Shown: positions 12,423-19,902, counted from the first letter of the stretch. The stretch: 19,902 nt of DNA from Candidatus Ratteibacteria bacterium (GCA_046296715.1 JBKBIN010000025.1:1-19902); one strand, 5' to 3'. Notes: generated by a model from the letters alone, not told the origin. Numbers and translations are program-made.

Positions 12423-13181
12423 ATGAATATAAAAATTGCAGTTCAATTGTTTTCAGTAAGGCAGGATTGTGAAAAGGATTTATATAATGTTTTAAAAGAA
12501 GTTGCAAAAATTGGATATGAAGGAGTTGAATTTGCAGGTTATTACAATAGATTAGCAGAAGAACTAAAAAAAATGCTTGATGATTTGAATTTGAAAGTAG
12601 CAGGGACTCATATAAGGATAGATACTTTACTCGGAGATGAACTTAAAAAAACGATTGAGTTTAACAAAATTATAGGGAATAAATATCTGATAGTACCTGC
12701 ACTTCCTGAGGAAATGAGATGCTCAAAAGAAAGATGGATTGAAACAGCAAAACTTTTTAATAAAATTTCAGAACAAGTAAGAAAAGAAGGGATGTTTGTT
12801 GGATTTCATAATCATGCAGTTGAATTTCAAAAGATAGATGGAGAATATCCCTGGGATATATTCTTTAAAAACACAATTTCTGAAGTAGTTATGCAACTTG
12901 ACACAGGTAATGCTATGAAAGGAGGAGTAAAACCTGAAGAACTCATTGATATTATTAAAAGATATCCTAAAAGAGCTTTGACGGTCCATTTAAAAGAGTT
13001 TTCTTCCAAGAATGATAAAGCAGTTTTAGGAGAAGGTGAGTTAAACTGGAAAGAATTTATAAAAGTTTGTAAAGAAATAGGTAATACAGAATGGTATATA
13101 ATTGAACAGGAGAGTTATGCATATACACCCATTGAATGTATAAAAAAATGTTATGAAAATCTTAAAAGTATAATCTCATAA
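12423..13181 (+). CDS. Sugar phosphate isomerase/epimerase (xylose-isomerase-like TIM barrel)
   Basis: AGGAGG SD; QLFSVR, GYEGVEFAG, FHNHAVEF, QLDTGN, HLKE, IEQE metal-binding pattern. Confidence 0.9.
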   Translation: MNIKIAVQLFSVRQDCEKDLYNVLKEVAKIGYEGVEFAGYYNRLAEELKKMLDDLNLKVAGTHIRIDTLLGDELKKTIEFNKIIGNKYLIVPALPEEMRCSKERWIETAKLFNKISEQVRKEGMFVGFHNHAVEFQKIDGEYPWDIFFKNTISEVVMQLDTGNAMKGGVKPEELIDIIKRYPKRALTVHLKEFSSKNDKAVLGEGELNWKEFIKVCKEIGNTEWYIIEQESYAYTPIECIKKCYENLKSIIS

Positions 13182-13201
13182 TTTTAATCTCCTTGACACA
13201 A

Positions 13202-13240
13202 GCCAATCTTCCGCCTTCACCTCGTAGGTGTTAGAGGGAA
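13202..13240 (-). repeat. GC-rich ~39-bp repeat copy 1 (inverted relative to the copy at 15585-15620)
   Basis: Minus strand TTCCCTCTAACACCTACGAGGTGAAGGCGGAAGATTGGC; the 15-bp core at 13214-13228 is the exact reverse complement of 15596-15610. Confidence 0.85.
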
Positions 13241-13241
13241 G

Positions 13242-13326
13242 CGGAGGGTGAGGGACTCGAACCCCCATGTCCCAAAAGGGACGGCGGATTTCAAGTCCGC
13301 TGCCTTACCAATTAGACTAACCCTCC
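13242..13326 (-). tRNA. tRNA-Ser(UGA)
   Basis: Acceptor stem GGAGGGT/ACCCTCC + G discriminator, anticodon arm GCGGA-CTTGAAA-TCCGC, long variable arm GTCCC-TTTT-GGGAC, GGTTCGAGT T-loop; CCA not encoded. Confidence 0.96.
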
Positions 13327-13340
13327 ATTTGTGAATATTA

Positions 13341-13414
13341 TGGGCGGTACAGGACTTGAACCTGTGACCTCCACGATGTCAACGTGGCACTCTAACCAAC
13401 TGAGCTAACCGCCC
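13341..13414 (-). tRNA. tRNA-Val(GAC)
   Basis: Acceptor stem GGGCGGT/ACCGCCC + A, D arm AGCTCAGTTGGTTAGAG, anticodon arm CCACG-TTGACAT-CGTGG, GGTTCAAGT T-loop; CCA not encoded. Confidence 0.97.
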
Positions 13415-13424
13415 TATTTTTAAA

Positions 13425-13453
13425 ATTATACAAAATATATTTAATTCTGTCAA
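13425..13453 (-). promoter_or_regulatory. Consensus sigma70 promoter of the tRNA-Val/tRNA-Ser operon
   Basis: Minus strand TTGACA (13453-13448), 17 bp, TATAAT (13430-13425), ending 10 bp upstream of tRNA-Val. Confidence 0.88.
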
Positions 13454-13490
13454 TAATAAAAGCAAATCTAAATTTCCATTATCAATACTC

Positions 13491-13519
13491 TTGACAACTG
13501 TATAAATTTACAATATAAT
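13491..13519 (+). promoter_or_regulatory. Consensus sigma70 promoter of the lexA operon
   Basis: TTGACA (13491-13496), 17 bp, TATAAT (13514-13519). Confidence 0.88.
13498..13513. promoter_or_regulatory. Candidate LexA operator (SOS box) in the promoter spacer
   Basis: CTGTATAAATTTACAA: a TGTA-N6-TACA dyad, one mismatch from CTGT-N8-ACAG, between -35 and -10 of lexA. Confidence 0.55.
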
Positions 13520-13529
13520 TATTTACAGC

Positions 13530-14120
13530 ATGAAAAAAATGACAGAAAAACAATGGAAAATTTTAGAATTTATAAAGGACTATATATTAAAAACTGGTTA
13601 TCCTCCTACTATTAAAGAAATTATGAATTATTTTTCTTTTTCAAGTCCAACTGCTGTTATATCTCATTTAAATGCACTTGAGAAAAAGGGATATATTAAA
13701 AGAGAAAAGAAAAGATCAAGAGGAATAAGTTTAAAAGAAGTTTTTTTTGATATACCTATTATTGGGCAAGTCCCTGCTGGAATTCCAAAGATAGAAGAAG
13801 AAAATTTTGAGGGTTTTATAAGTGTCAATCAGAAATTTCTTGGTAAAGGAGAGTTTTTTTCTTTAATTGTTAAAGGTGATAGTATGAAACAGGCAGGAAT
13901 TTTTGATGGTGACTATGTTATTATTAAAAGAAATGTTGAGATTAAAAATGGAGATATTGTTGTTTGTTTTTATGATGGTGAATATACAGTTAAATATTTT
14001 TATAAAAGAAAAGACTCTGTTGAATTGAAACCAGCAAATCCTTTATATAAACCAATAATAATAAAAGAGAATCCTTTAATTATTGGAAAAGTTGTGGGAC
14101 TTTTCAGGAAGATAAAATGA
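13530..14120 (+). CDS. lexA: LexA transcriptional repressor
   Basis: N-terminal wHTH (TEKQ..IL.FI...GYPPT..EI...SPTAV..HL.ALEKKGYI), Ala-Gly cleavage site VPAGIP, Ser in VKGDSM, Lys in TVK, IIGKVVG. Confidence 0.95.
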   Translation: MKKMTEKQWKILEFIKDYILKTGYPPTIKEIMNYFSFSSPTAVISHLNALEKKGYIKREKKRSRGISLKEVFFDIPIIGQVPAGIPKIEEENFEGFISVNQKFLGKGEFFSLIVKGDSMKQAGIFDGDYVIIKRNVEIKNGDIVVCFYDGEYTVKYFYKRKDSVELKPANPLYKPIIIKENPLIIGKVVGLFRKIK

Positions 14121-14362
14121 TAACAGAAGTAAATGAAAAAATAATTGTTGGAGTTGTTTTTAAAAATGGTTCAATGAAGATAAAGTGGTTCATATGGAAA
14201 AATAGAAAAGTAAATATTGAGAAAATAACATATAAATGGAAGACAAAAAAGGGACAGAAGGAGATTTATAATTTTGCTGTTACAGATGGAATAAATGTTT
14301 TTGAGATATCTTTTGCTCCTCAAGATTTAATCTGGAATCTTGAAAAAGTTCATACTTTTTAA
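14117..14362 (+). CDS. Small Trp-rich beta-strand protein between lexA and the Y-family polymerase (ImuB-C/DUF6504-like by resemblance)
   Basis: ATGA overlap with the lexA stop; ends 1 bp before the polymerase ATG. F.W..R...I..I...W...F.V......EI.F......W.L pattern. Confidence 0.7.
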   Translation: MITEVNEKIIVGVVFKNGSMKIKWFIWKNRKVNIEKITYKWKTKKGQKEIYNFAVTDGINVFEISFAPQDLIWNLEKVHTF

Positions 14363-14363
14363 A

Positions 14364-15557
14364 ATGGAAAGAGTTGTTTTTCACATTGATATGGATGCTT
14401 ATTTTGCTTCAATAGAACAACTAACAAATCCATTTTTAAAAGGAAAACCAGTTGCTGTTTTAGGTGGCCCATCGACAAAATCTGTTGTTGCATCATGTTC
14501 TTATGAGGCAAAAAAATATGGTATAAAATCAGGAATGAGTATTCATCAGGCATTTTTTTTGTGTCCCAATTTGGTTGTTGTTCCAGGAAATCCTGAAAAA
14601 TATATTGAAACATCAAAAAAAGTATTTGAAATTATAAAAAGTTTTAAAGAGGAAATTGAGATTTACTCAATAGATGAGGTTTTTGTTGATGTAAGTGAAA
14701 TTTATCAATTATATGAAAGTAAAGAAAAACTTGCAAGAGAAATTAAAAATAAAATAGAGAAAGAAGCAGAACTTACATGTTCAATTGGCGGTGGTCCAAA
14801 TAGATTGATTGCAAAAATTTGTTCTTCTATTTCAAAACCATCAGGAATTAAAATTTTGGAAATGGAAGAAGTTGAAGAATTTATGAAGAATCTGCCAATA
14901 ACTGAAATTCCTGGAATAGGAAATAAAATATATGAAAAACTTTCCAACATTGGAATAGAAAAATGTGGAGATATTAAAAAAGCAGGAAAAGAATTTTTTC
15001 TAAGGATTTTTGGTAAATATGGAGAAAAAATATACAATTATGCCTGTGGAATTGAACAACCAGAAATATTAACTGAAGTTTTAGAACAATCAATAGGACA
15101 TTCCTATACTCTTCCTTTTGATACAGATGACAATGAGATAATAAGGAAGACATTATTTAACTTATCTGAAAAGGTTGCTGAAAGAATGAGAAAAAAGAAA
15201 AAGCATGGAAGTTTTATATCTTTATTTTTAAAATTTGACGACTTTACATCTATCTTGAAAAGAAAAAAATTTAGTGATATTCCTCCAGATGGAAGTTTAA
15301 TATTTAATCTGTGCCTTGAAATAATTTCTTGTTTAAAAATTGAGAAAAAAATAAGAGCAATAGGAGTTTCTGTCGGAGGGTTGTTTAATTCTGATTATCA
15401 GTATGTTTTTGAAGAAAGAAAAAAAAGAGAAGTGGTCTTTTATTATATTGATAGAATCAATGAAAAATTTGGAGAAGGGACTGTAATTCCTGCGATTTTA
15501 TTAAATACAGAAAAAATGAGAAAAAGTCATTCTTTTTACCTATACACAATTAAGTAG
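14364..15557 (+). CDS. dinB: Y-family translesion DNA polymerase (Pol IV/DinB-like)
   Basis: HIDMDAYFASIE, SYEAKKYGI.SGM, SIDEVF, KPSG, PGIG, SIGHSYT; catalytic acidic residues intact. Start placed at ATG 14364. Confidence 0.92.
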   Translation: MERVVFHIDMDAYFASIEQLTNPFLKGKPVAVLGGPSTKSVVASCSYEAKKYGIKSGMSIHQAFFLCPNLVVVPGNPEKYIETSKKVFEIIKSFKEEIEIYSIDEVFVDVSEIYQLYESKEKLAREIKNKIEKEAELTCSIGGGPNRLIAKICSSISKPSGIKILEMEEVEEFMKNLPITEIPGIGNKIYEKLSNIGIEKCGDIKKAGKEFFLRIFGKYGEKIYNYACGIEQPEILTEVLEQSIGHSYTLPFDTDDNEIIRKTLFNLSEKVAERMRKKKKHGSFISLFLKFDDFTSILKRKKFSDIPPDGSLIFNLCLEIISCLKIEKKIRAIGVSVGGLFNSDYQYVFEERKKREVVFYYIDRINEKFGEGTVIPAILLNTEKMRKSHSFYLYTIK

Positions 15558-15584
15558 ACTTGAAAACTCTTGAAAGACAAGGAT

Positions 15585-15620
15585 TTCCAGCTAACCCTAC
15601 GAGGTGAAGGGGGGATTGAC
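15585..15620 (+). repeat. GC-rich repeat copy 2
   Basis: TTCCAGCTAACCCTACGAGGTGAAGGGGGGATTGAC; 32 of 39 aligned columns match the reverse complement of 13202-13240. Confidence 0.85.
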
Positions 15621-15644
15621 ATAAGAGAAAATCTATTTTAAACT
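15616..15644 (+). promoter_or_regulatory. Putative sigma70 promoter of the GH3-GH29-parA run
   Basis: TTGACA (15616-15621), 17 bp, TAAACT (15639-15644); GGAGG SD follows before ATG 15670. Confidence 0.7.
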
Positions 15645-15669
15645 GAAAAGTTGTCAAAAGGGAGGAAAG

Positions 15670-17883
15670 ATGAAAATAAAAGATATTTTAAAAAAGATGA
15701 CAATTGAGGAGAAGGTATATCAATTATGTTCTGTTTATATAACTGACTTGATTGAAAATGGCGAAATTTCTACTCAATTACTTAAAAAGGAATTAAAATT
15801 TGGGATTGGTCAAATTTCAAGAGTATATGGAGGTATTAAAAATATAGAACCTGAAAAGGCAAAAGAGTATGTTGAAAAAATTCAAAAATTTTTAAAAGAA
15901 GAAACAAGACTTGGTATTCCAGCAATAATTCATGAGGAGTGTCTTTCTGGTTTTTTAACAAATAAGGCAACTTCTTTTCCTCAAATAATAGGAGTTGCAA
16001 GTTCTTTCAATCCTTTACTTGTATTTAAAATGACACAGGTTATAAGAAGGCAGATGAGAAATGCTGGAGTTCATCAAGGACTTTCGCCAGTTTTAGATGT
16101 TTGTTATGATCCGAGATGGGGTAGAACAGAAGAAACATTTGGTGAGGATCCTTATTTATGTGGCATAATGGGTTGTTATTATGTTAAGGGATTGCAGGGA
16201 GAAAATTTAAAAGAAGGTATAATTGCAACAGGGAAGCATTTTGCTGCTCATGGATTTTCAGAAGGAGGTAGAAATATTTGTCCTGTTCATATTGGAGAAA
16301 GAGAATTTAGAGATATTTTTCTTTTTCCTTTTGAAGTATGCGTGAAAGAAGGAAATTTAAAGTCAATTATGAATGCTTATCATGATGTAGATGGTGTTCC
16401 ATGTGCTTGCTCAAAAAAACTTCTTACAAATATTTTGAGAAAAGAATGGGGTTTTGATGGGATTGTAGTTTCAGATTATGGTGCAATTAAAATGTTAAAC
16501 ACAGTTCATTCTGTTGCAAAGGATAATATTGAATGCGCAATTTTAGCATTGAAGGCAGGAATAGATATTGAACTACCAAGAAAGGACTGTTATCCTTTAT
16601 TGATTGAAGGAGTTAAGAAAGGTTTTATAAAGGAAAGAGAAATAGATAAAGCAGTTGAAAGAGTTCTTAAAATAAAAAAAGAACTCGGATTATTTGAAGA
16701 AGATAGAAAATTTTTTATTGATTTTGATACTGACGATGATAGAAAATTATCTTATGAAATTGCAAAAGAGAGTTTTGTTCTTCTTAAAAATGATGGTATT
16801 TTACCTTTAAAAAATATTAAAAAGATTTCACTTATAGGTCCTTCAGTTGCCAATCCAAGAAATTATTTTGGTGACTATGCATATACTGCACATCTTGACC
16901 TTGAAAAACCATCTGTTAGTTGTAAATCAATACTTGAAGTTTTTAAAGAGAAAGCAAAAGATATTGAAATATATTATGAAAAAGGTTGTGAAATTTTTGA
17001 TTTTAATAAAGAAAATTTTGAAAAAGCAGTTGAAACAGGAAAGAAAGGAGATTTGATAATCTTTATTGGTGGGGATAAATCTGGTTTTGTTTCTGATTGT
17101 ACCTGTGGTGAAAGTAAAGATAGTCATAATTTAAAACTCCCTGGAGTTCAAGAAGAGTTAATTTTAAAATTGTCAGAAATTGGGAAACCGTTAATAGTTA
17201 TTTTAATTACTGGAAGACCATACATTTTAACAAATATAGTTGAGAAAGTAAATGCTATTGTTGAATGCTGGTTCCCTGGTCAAGAGACAGGAAATGCTAT
17301 TTTTGATATGTTATTTGGGAATTTTAGTCCATCCGGTAAATTACCTATTTCTTTTCCAAAAGATGTAGGACAACTGCCTGTTTATTATCACAGAAAACAA
17401 GTTTCAAAAGAAAGAAACTATGTCTATTCAGATAGTAAAGCTCTATTTCCTTTTGGTTTTGGCCTTTCTTACTCAACTTTTGAATATTTTGATTTTGAGA
17501 TTAAACCAAAAAAGATTAAAGCAGGCCAAGAATTTTATATTTCAGTTTCTATTAAAAATACTGGCAAAATAGATGCAAAAGAAACTATCCAACTTTATGT
17601 GAAAAAGAAATTTTCTTCCTGTGTTTTACCTTCTAAACTTCTGAAAGGTTTTTGTAAAATTGATTTAAAAGCTGGTGAGACAAAGACAGTTGAGTTTAAA
17701 GTTCCTTCTGAAATATTGTCCTTTACAGATGAAAATTTAAAAATTAAGATTGAAGAAGGTTTATATGAAATTATGGTTGGAAGTTCCTCAGAAGATATAA
17801 AATTTAAAGATGAGATTGAAATTAAAGGGAATAAATTTTTAAAAAAAAGAAAGGTATTTTTTTCAGATGTTAAATTGAAATAA
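15670..17883 (+). CDS. Glycoside hydrolase family 3 (beta-glucosidase/beta-xylosidase, BglX-like) with C-terminal Fn3-like domain
   Basis: RLGIP, DPRWGRTEETFGEDP, KHF, VVSDY nucleophile, WFPGQE.G, PSGKLP, FPFGFGLSY, QLY, LKGF.K. Confidence 0.94.
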   Translation: MKIKDILKKMTIEEKVYQLCSVYITDLIENGEISTQLLKKELKFGIGQISRVYGGIKNIEPEKAKEYVEKIQKFLKEETRLGIPAIIHEECLSGFLTNKATSFPQIIGVASSFNPLLVFKMTQVIRRQMRNAGVHQGLSPVLDVCYDPRWGRTEETFGEDPYLCGIMGCYYVKGLQGENLKEGIIATGKHFAAHGFSEGGRNICPVHIGEREFRDIFLFPFEVCVKEGNLKSIMNAYHDVDGVPCACSKKLLTNILRKEWGFDGIVVSDYGAIKMLNTVHSVAKDNIECAILALKAGIDIELPRKDCYPLLIEGVKKGFIKEREIDKAVERVLKIKKELGLFEEDRKFFIDFDTDDDRKLSYEIAKESFVLLKNDGILPLKNIKKISLIGPSVANPRNYFGDYAYTAHLDLEKPSVSCKSILEVFKEKAKDIEIYYEKGCEIFDFNKENFEKAVETGKKGDLIIFIGGDKSGFVSDCTCGESKDSHNLKLPGVQEELILKLSEIGKPLIVILITGRPYILTNIVEKVNAIVECWFPGQETGNAIFDMLFGNFSPSGKLPISFPKDVGQLPVYYHRKQVSKERNYVYSDSKALFPFGFGLSYSTFEYFDFEIKPKKIKAGQEFYISVSIKNTGKIDAKETIQLYVKKKFSSCVLPSKLLKGFCKIDLKAGETKTVEFKVPSEILSFTDENLKIKIEEGLYEIMVGSSSEDIKFKDEIEIKGNKFLKKRKVFFSDVKLK

Positions 17884-17893
17884 GAGGTGAAAA

Positions 17894-19075
17894 ATGGAAG
17901 ATAAAATGAAATGGTGGAGAGAGGCGAAATTTGGTATGTTTATTCACTGGGGGATTTATAGTATTCCTGCGAGAGGTGAATGGGTTATGTTCTGTGAGAG
18001 GATCCCAAAAGAAGAATATAAAAAATTTGCTAAAAAATTTAATCCTAAGAAATTTAATCCAGATGAATGGGCACAGATTGCAAAAGAAAGTGGAATGAAA
18101 TATATTGTTTTAACAACAAGACATCATGATGGTTTTTCCCTTTTTGATAGCAAGGTGAGTGATTTTACTGCTCCAAGATATATAAATAGAGACCTTGTTG
18201 CTGAATTTGTAAAAAGTTGTAGAAAATTTGGATTAAAAATTGGATTTTATTATTCTCTTTTGGACTGGAGATATGATGCTTTTTTTAATGGTCCTGAAAA
18301 AGATCCATTTGGTTGGAAGAAATTTGTTGATTATGTTCATACTCAGGTTAAAGAATTAATGACAAATTATGGGAAGATTGATATTTTATGGTATGATGGA
18401 CCAGGTCCTTATAAACCTGAACATTGGCAGTCAGAAAAATTAAACAAAATGGTGAGAGAATTACAACCACATATAATTATAAATAATAGAAGTTTATTAC
18501 CAGAAGATTTTGATACTCCAGAACAACATATTACACCAACTGATAGAGATTGGGAAGCCTGTATGACATTAAATGACCATTGGGGATATTGTAAATATGA
18601 CGATAATTATAAAACACCAAAAGAAATTGTAATGAATCTTGTAAAATGTGCTTCTTATGGAGGAAATTATTTATTAAATGTAGGCCCAAAACCAGACGGA
18701 AGAATTCCTCAAAAGAGTGTGAAAATTTTAAGAGAAGTTGGAAACTGGTTGAAAATATATGGCGAAAGTGTATATGGAACAGAGAAAACAAATTTTGAAT
18801 GGTACAATTTTCATCCTGGACTTATGACAAAAAAAGGGAATAAATTATATTTACATATTTTTTACTGGTTTAAAGAATTTGCAATAGGAAATTTGAAGAT
18901 AGAAGTGAAAAATGCATATTTTTTAAAAGAAGGGATTAATGTTGATTTTGAAGTAAAGTCAGACAGGATTATTTTTAAAAATCTTCCAGAAAAACCACCA
19001 GACCCGATTGATACAGTAATTGTAGTTGAATATGAAGGGGAAATTGAAAAAATAAATTCATTTAGACCTTTTTGA
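17894..19075 (+). CDS. Alpha-L-fucosidase (GH29)
   Basis: AKFGMFIHWG.YS, GMKYIVLTTRHHDGF, LWYDG nucleophile, NNR, WEAC.T, LLNVGP..DG. Confidence 0.92.
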   Translation: MEDKMKWWREAKFGMFIHWGIYSIPARGEWVMFCERIPKEEYKKFAKKFNPKKFNPDEWAQIAKESGMKYIVLTTRHHDGFSLFDSKVSDFTAPRYINRDLVAEFVKSCRKFGLKIGFYYSLLDWRYDAFFNGPEKDPFGWKKFVDYVHTQVKELMTNYGKIDILWYDGPGPYKPEHWQSEKLNKMVRELQPHIIINNRSLLPEDFDTPEQHITPTDRDWEACMTLNDHWGYCKYDDNYKTPKEIVMNLVKCASYGGNYLLNVGPKPDGRIPQKSVKILREVGNWLKIYGESVYGTEKTNFEWYNFHPGLMTKKGNKLYLHIFYWFKEFAIGNLKIEVKNAYFLKEGINVDFEVKSDRIIFKNLPEKPPDPIDTVIVVEYEGEIEKINSFRPF

Positions 19076-19078
19076 AAT

Positions 19079-19849
19079 ATGAATATAATTGCATTTTCAA
19101 ATCAAAAAGGTGGTACAGGTAAAACAACAATTTGTGTAAATCTTGCTGCTGGATTGGTTAAGTTAAAAGAAAGGGTTTTAATAATTGATTTGGATCCTCA
19201 AGGTAATTCAACAGTAAGTGTTGGGATTAATCTAAAAGTTGATGATTTAACTGTAAGAGAATTTATTCTTGGGGAAGTGAGAATTGAAGATGTAATGGTT
19301 GATAGTTATATAGGAGACCTTTCAATTATTCCTTCAAATCCTGATCTTGCTCATTTAGAAGTTGAACTATCAAATAAAAGTAAAAATCAATTTTATTTAA
19401 AAAAAGCAATAGAAAATTCAAAGGATGTGTTAAACTCTTTTGACTATATTTTCATTGATTGTCCTCCGTCTCTTTCTCTTTTAACTGTAAATGGACTTTG
19501 TGCAAGTAAATATGTTGTTATTCCTGTTCTTGCGGATTTTCTTTCCTTACAAGGACTTACAAATTTACTTGAAACAGTTGATATGATAAAGAAGAAATTG
19601 AATCCTGAACTTGAAATTCTTGGTATAATCCCAAATATGATTGATTACAGATTAAAAATAACTGAAGAAAGTTTAAGTTTATTAAAAGAGAGTTTTAAAG
19701 ACAAAGTTTTCAAAAGTGTGATAAGGGTTTGTAGTAGACTTAGAGAAGCGCCTTCTTATGGTAAAACAATATTTGATTATGCAAAAAATTCTCAAGGCAC
19801 TGTTGATTTTATCAATCTTGCAAAAGAAATAAAAAGGAGATTAAAATGA
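19079..19849 (+). CDS. parA: ParA/Soj family ATPase
   Basis: NQKGGTGKTT deviant Walker A, IDLDPQGN, IDCPPSL, EAPSYG. Confidence 0.9.
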   Translation: MNIIAFSNQKGGTGKTTICVNLAAGLVKLKERVLIIDLDPQGNSTVSVGINLKVDDLTVREFILGEVRIEDVMVDSYIGDLSIIPSNPDLAHLEVELSNKSKNQFYLKKAIENSKDVLNSFDYIFIDCPPSLSLLTVNGLCASKYVVIPVLADFLSLQGLTNLLETVDMIKKKLNPELEILGIIPNMIDYRLKITEESLSLLKESFKDKVFKSVIRVCSRLREAPSYGKTIFDYAKNSQGTVDFINLAKEIKRRLK

Positions 19850-19902
19850 AAAGATTAGGACCACAGACAAAGAAATTGTTTGAAGTAAGTAAAACAGAAA
19901 AT
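19846..19902 (+). CDS. 5' start of an ORF coupled to parA (MKRLGPQTKKLFEVSKTEN...), 3'-truncated by window edge
   Basis: AAGGAG SD and ATGA overlap with the parA stop; open to the window end. Confidence 0.6.
   Translation, partial: MKRLGPQTKKLFEVSKTEN

Noticed and set aside
13193..13198. TTGACA on + strand next to repeat copy 1 as an antisense promoter into the tRNAs
   Set aside because: No plausible -10 at 16-18 bp (the sequence there is TTCACC).
15557..15582. CTTGAAA direct repeat; GACTTGAAA matches the tRNA-Ser anticodon loop (possible att or tRNA remnant, or CRISPR-like repeat end)
   Set aside because: Only 7-9 bp in AT-rich DNA, with no further tRNA homology and no repeat-spacer periodicity.
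13202..15620. Calling the repeat-bounded block a transposon or integrative element
   Set aside because: No transposase or integrase, no target-site duplication and no duplicated tRNA 3' end; kept only as a hypothesis in findings.

Overview
Very AT-rich bacterial chromosomal window, densely coding, with many overlapping start/stop codons. In order: 3' end of queA, tgt, a uroporphyrinogen-decarboxylase-family gene broken by a 5-bp tandem duplication, and era (+). Then speD-speE (-), where an out-of-frame upstream ORF with a perfect Shine-Dalgarno overlaps the speD start, followed by two decaying minus-strand genes (a helical 'LKGYG' protein split at an A9 run and an ERCC4-like nuclease lacking its catalytic segment). 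A housekeeping run follows: M50 peptidase, DUF1844-like, uvrC, small hypothetical, obgE, prfB without programmed frameshift, stand-alone coaB. Next come a Gfo/Idh/MocA oxidoreductase and a TIM-barrel sugar isomerase. A ~2.4 kb module bracketed by a ~39-bp GC-rich imperfect inverted repeat holds tRNA-Ser(UGA)/tRNA-Val(GAC) and, divergently, lexA - small beta-rich protein - Y-family polymerase, with back-to-back consensus sigma70 promoters and a candidate TGT-N8-ACA operator. The window ends with a GH3 glycosidase, a GH29 fucosidase, parA and the start of a probable ParA partner. The most interesting signals are the inverted-repeat-bracketed three-gene SOS mutagenesis cassette and the dual-start/uORF arrangement at speD. 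All family assignments are from motif recognition by eye; no searches were run.
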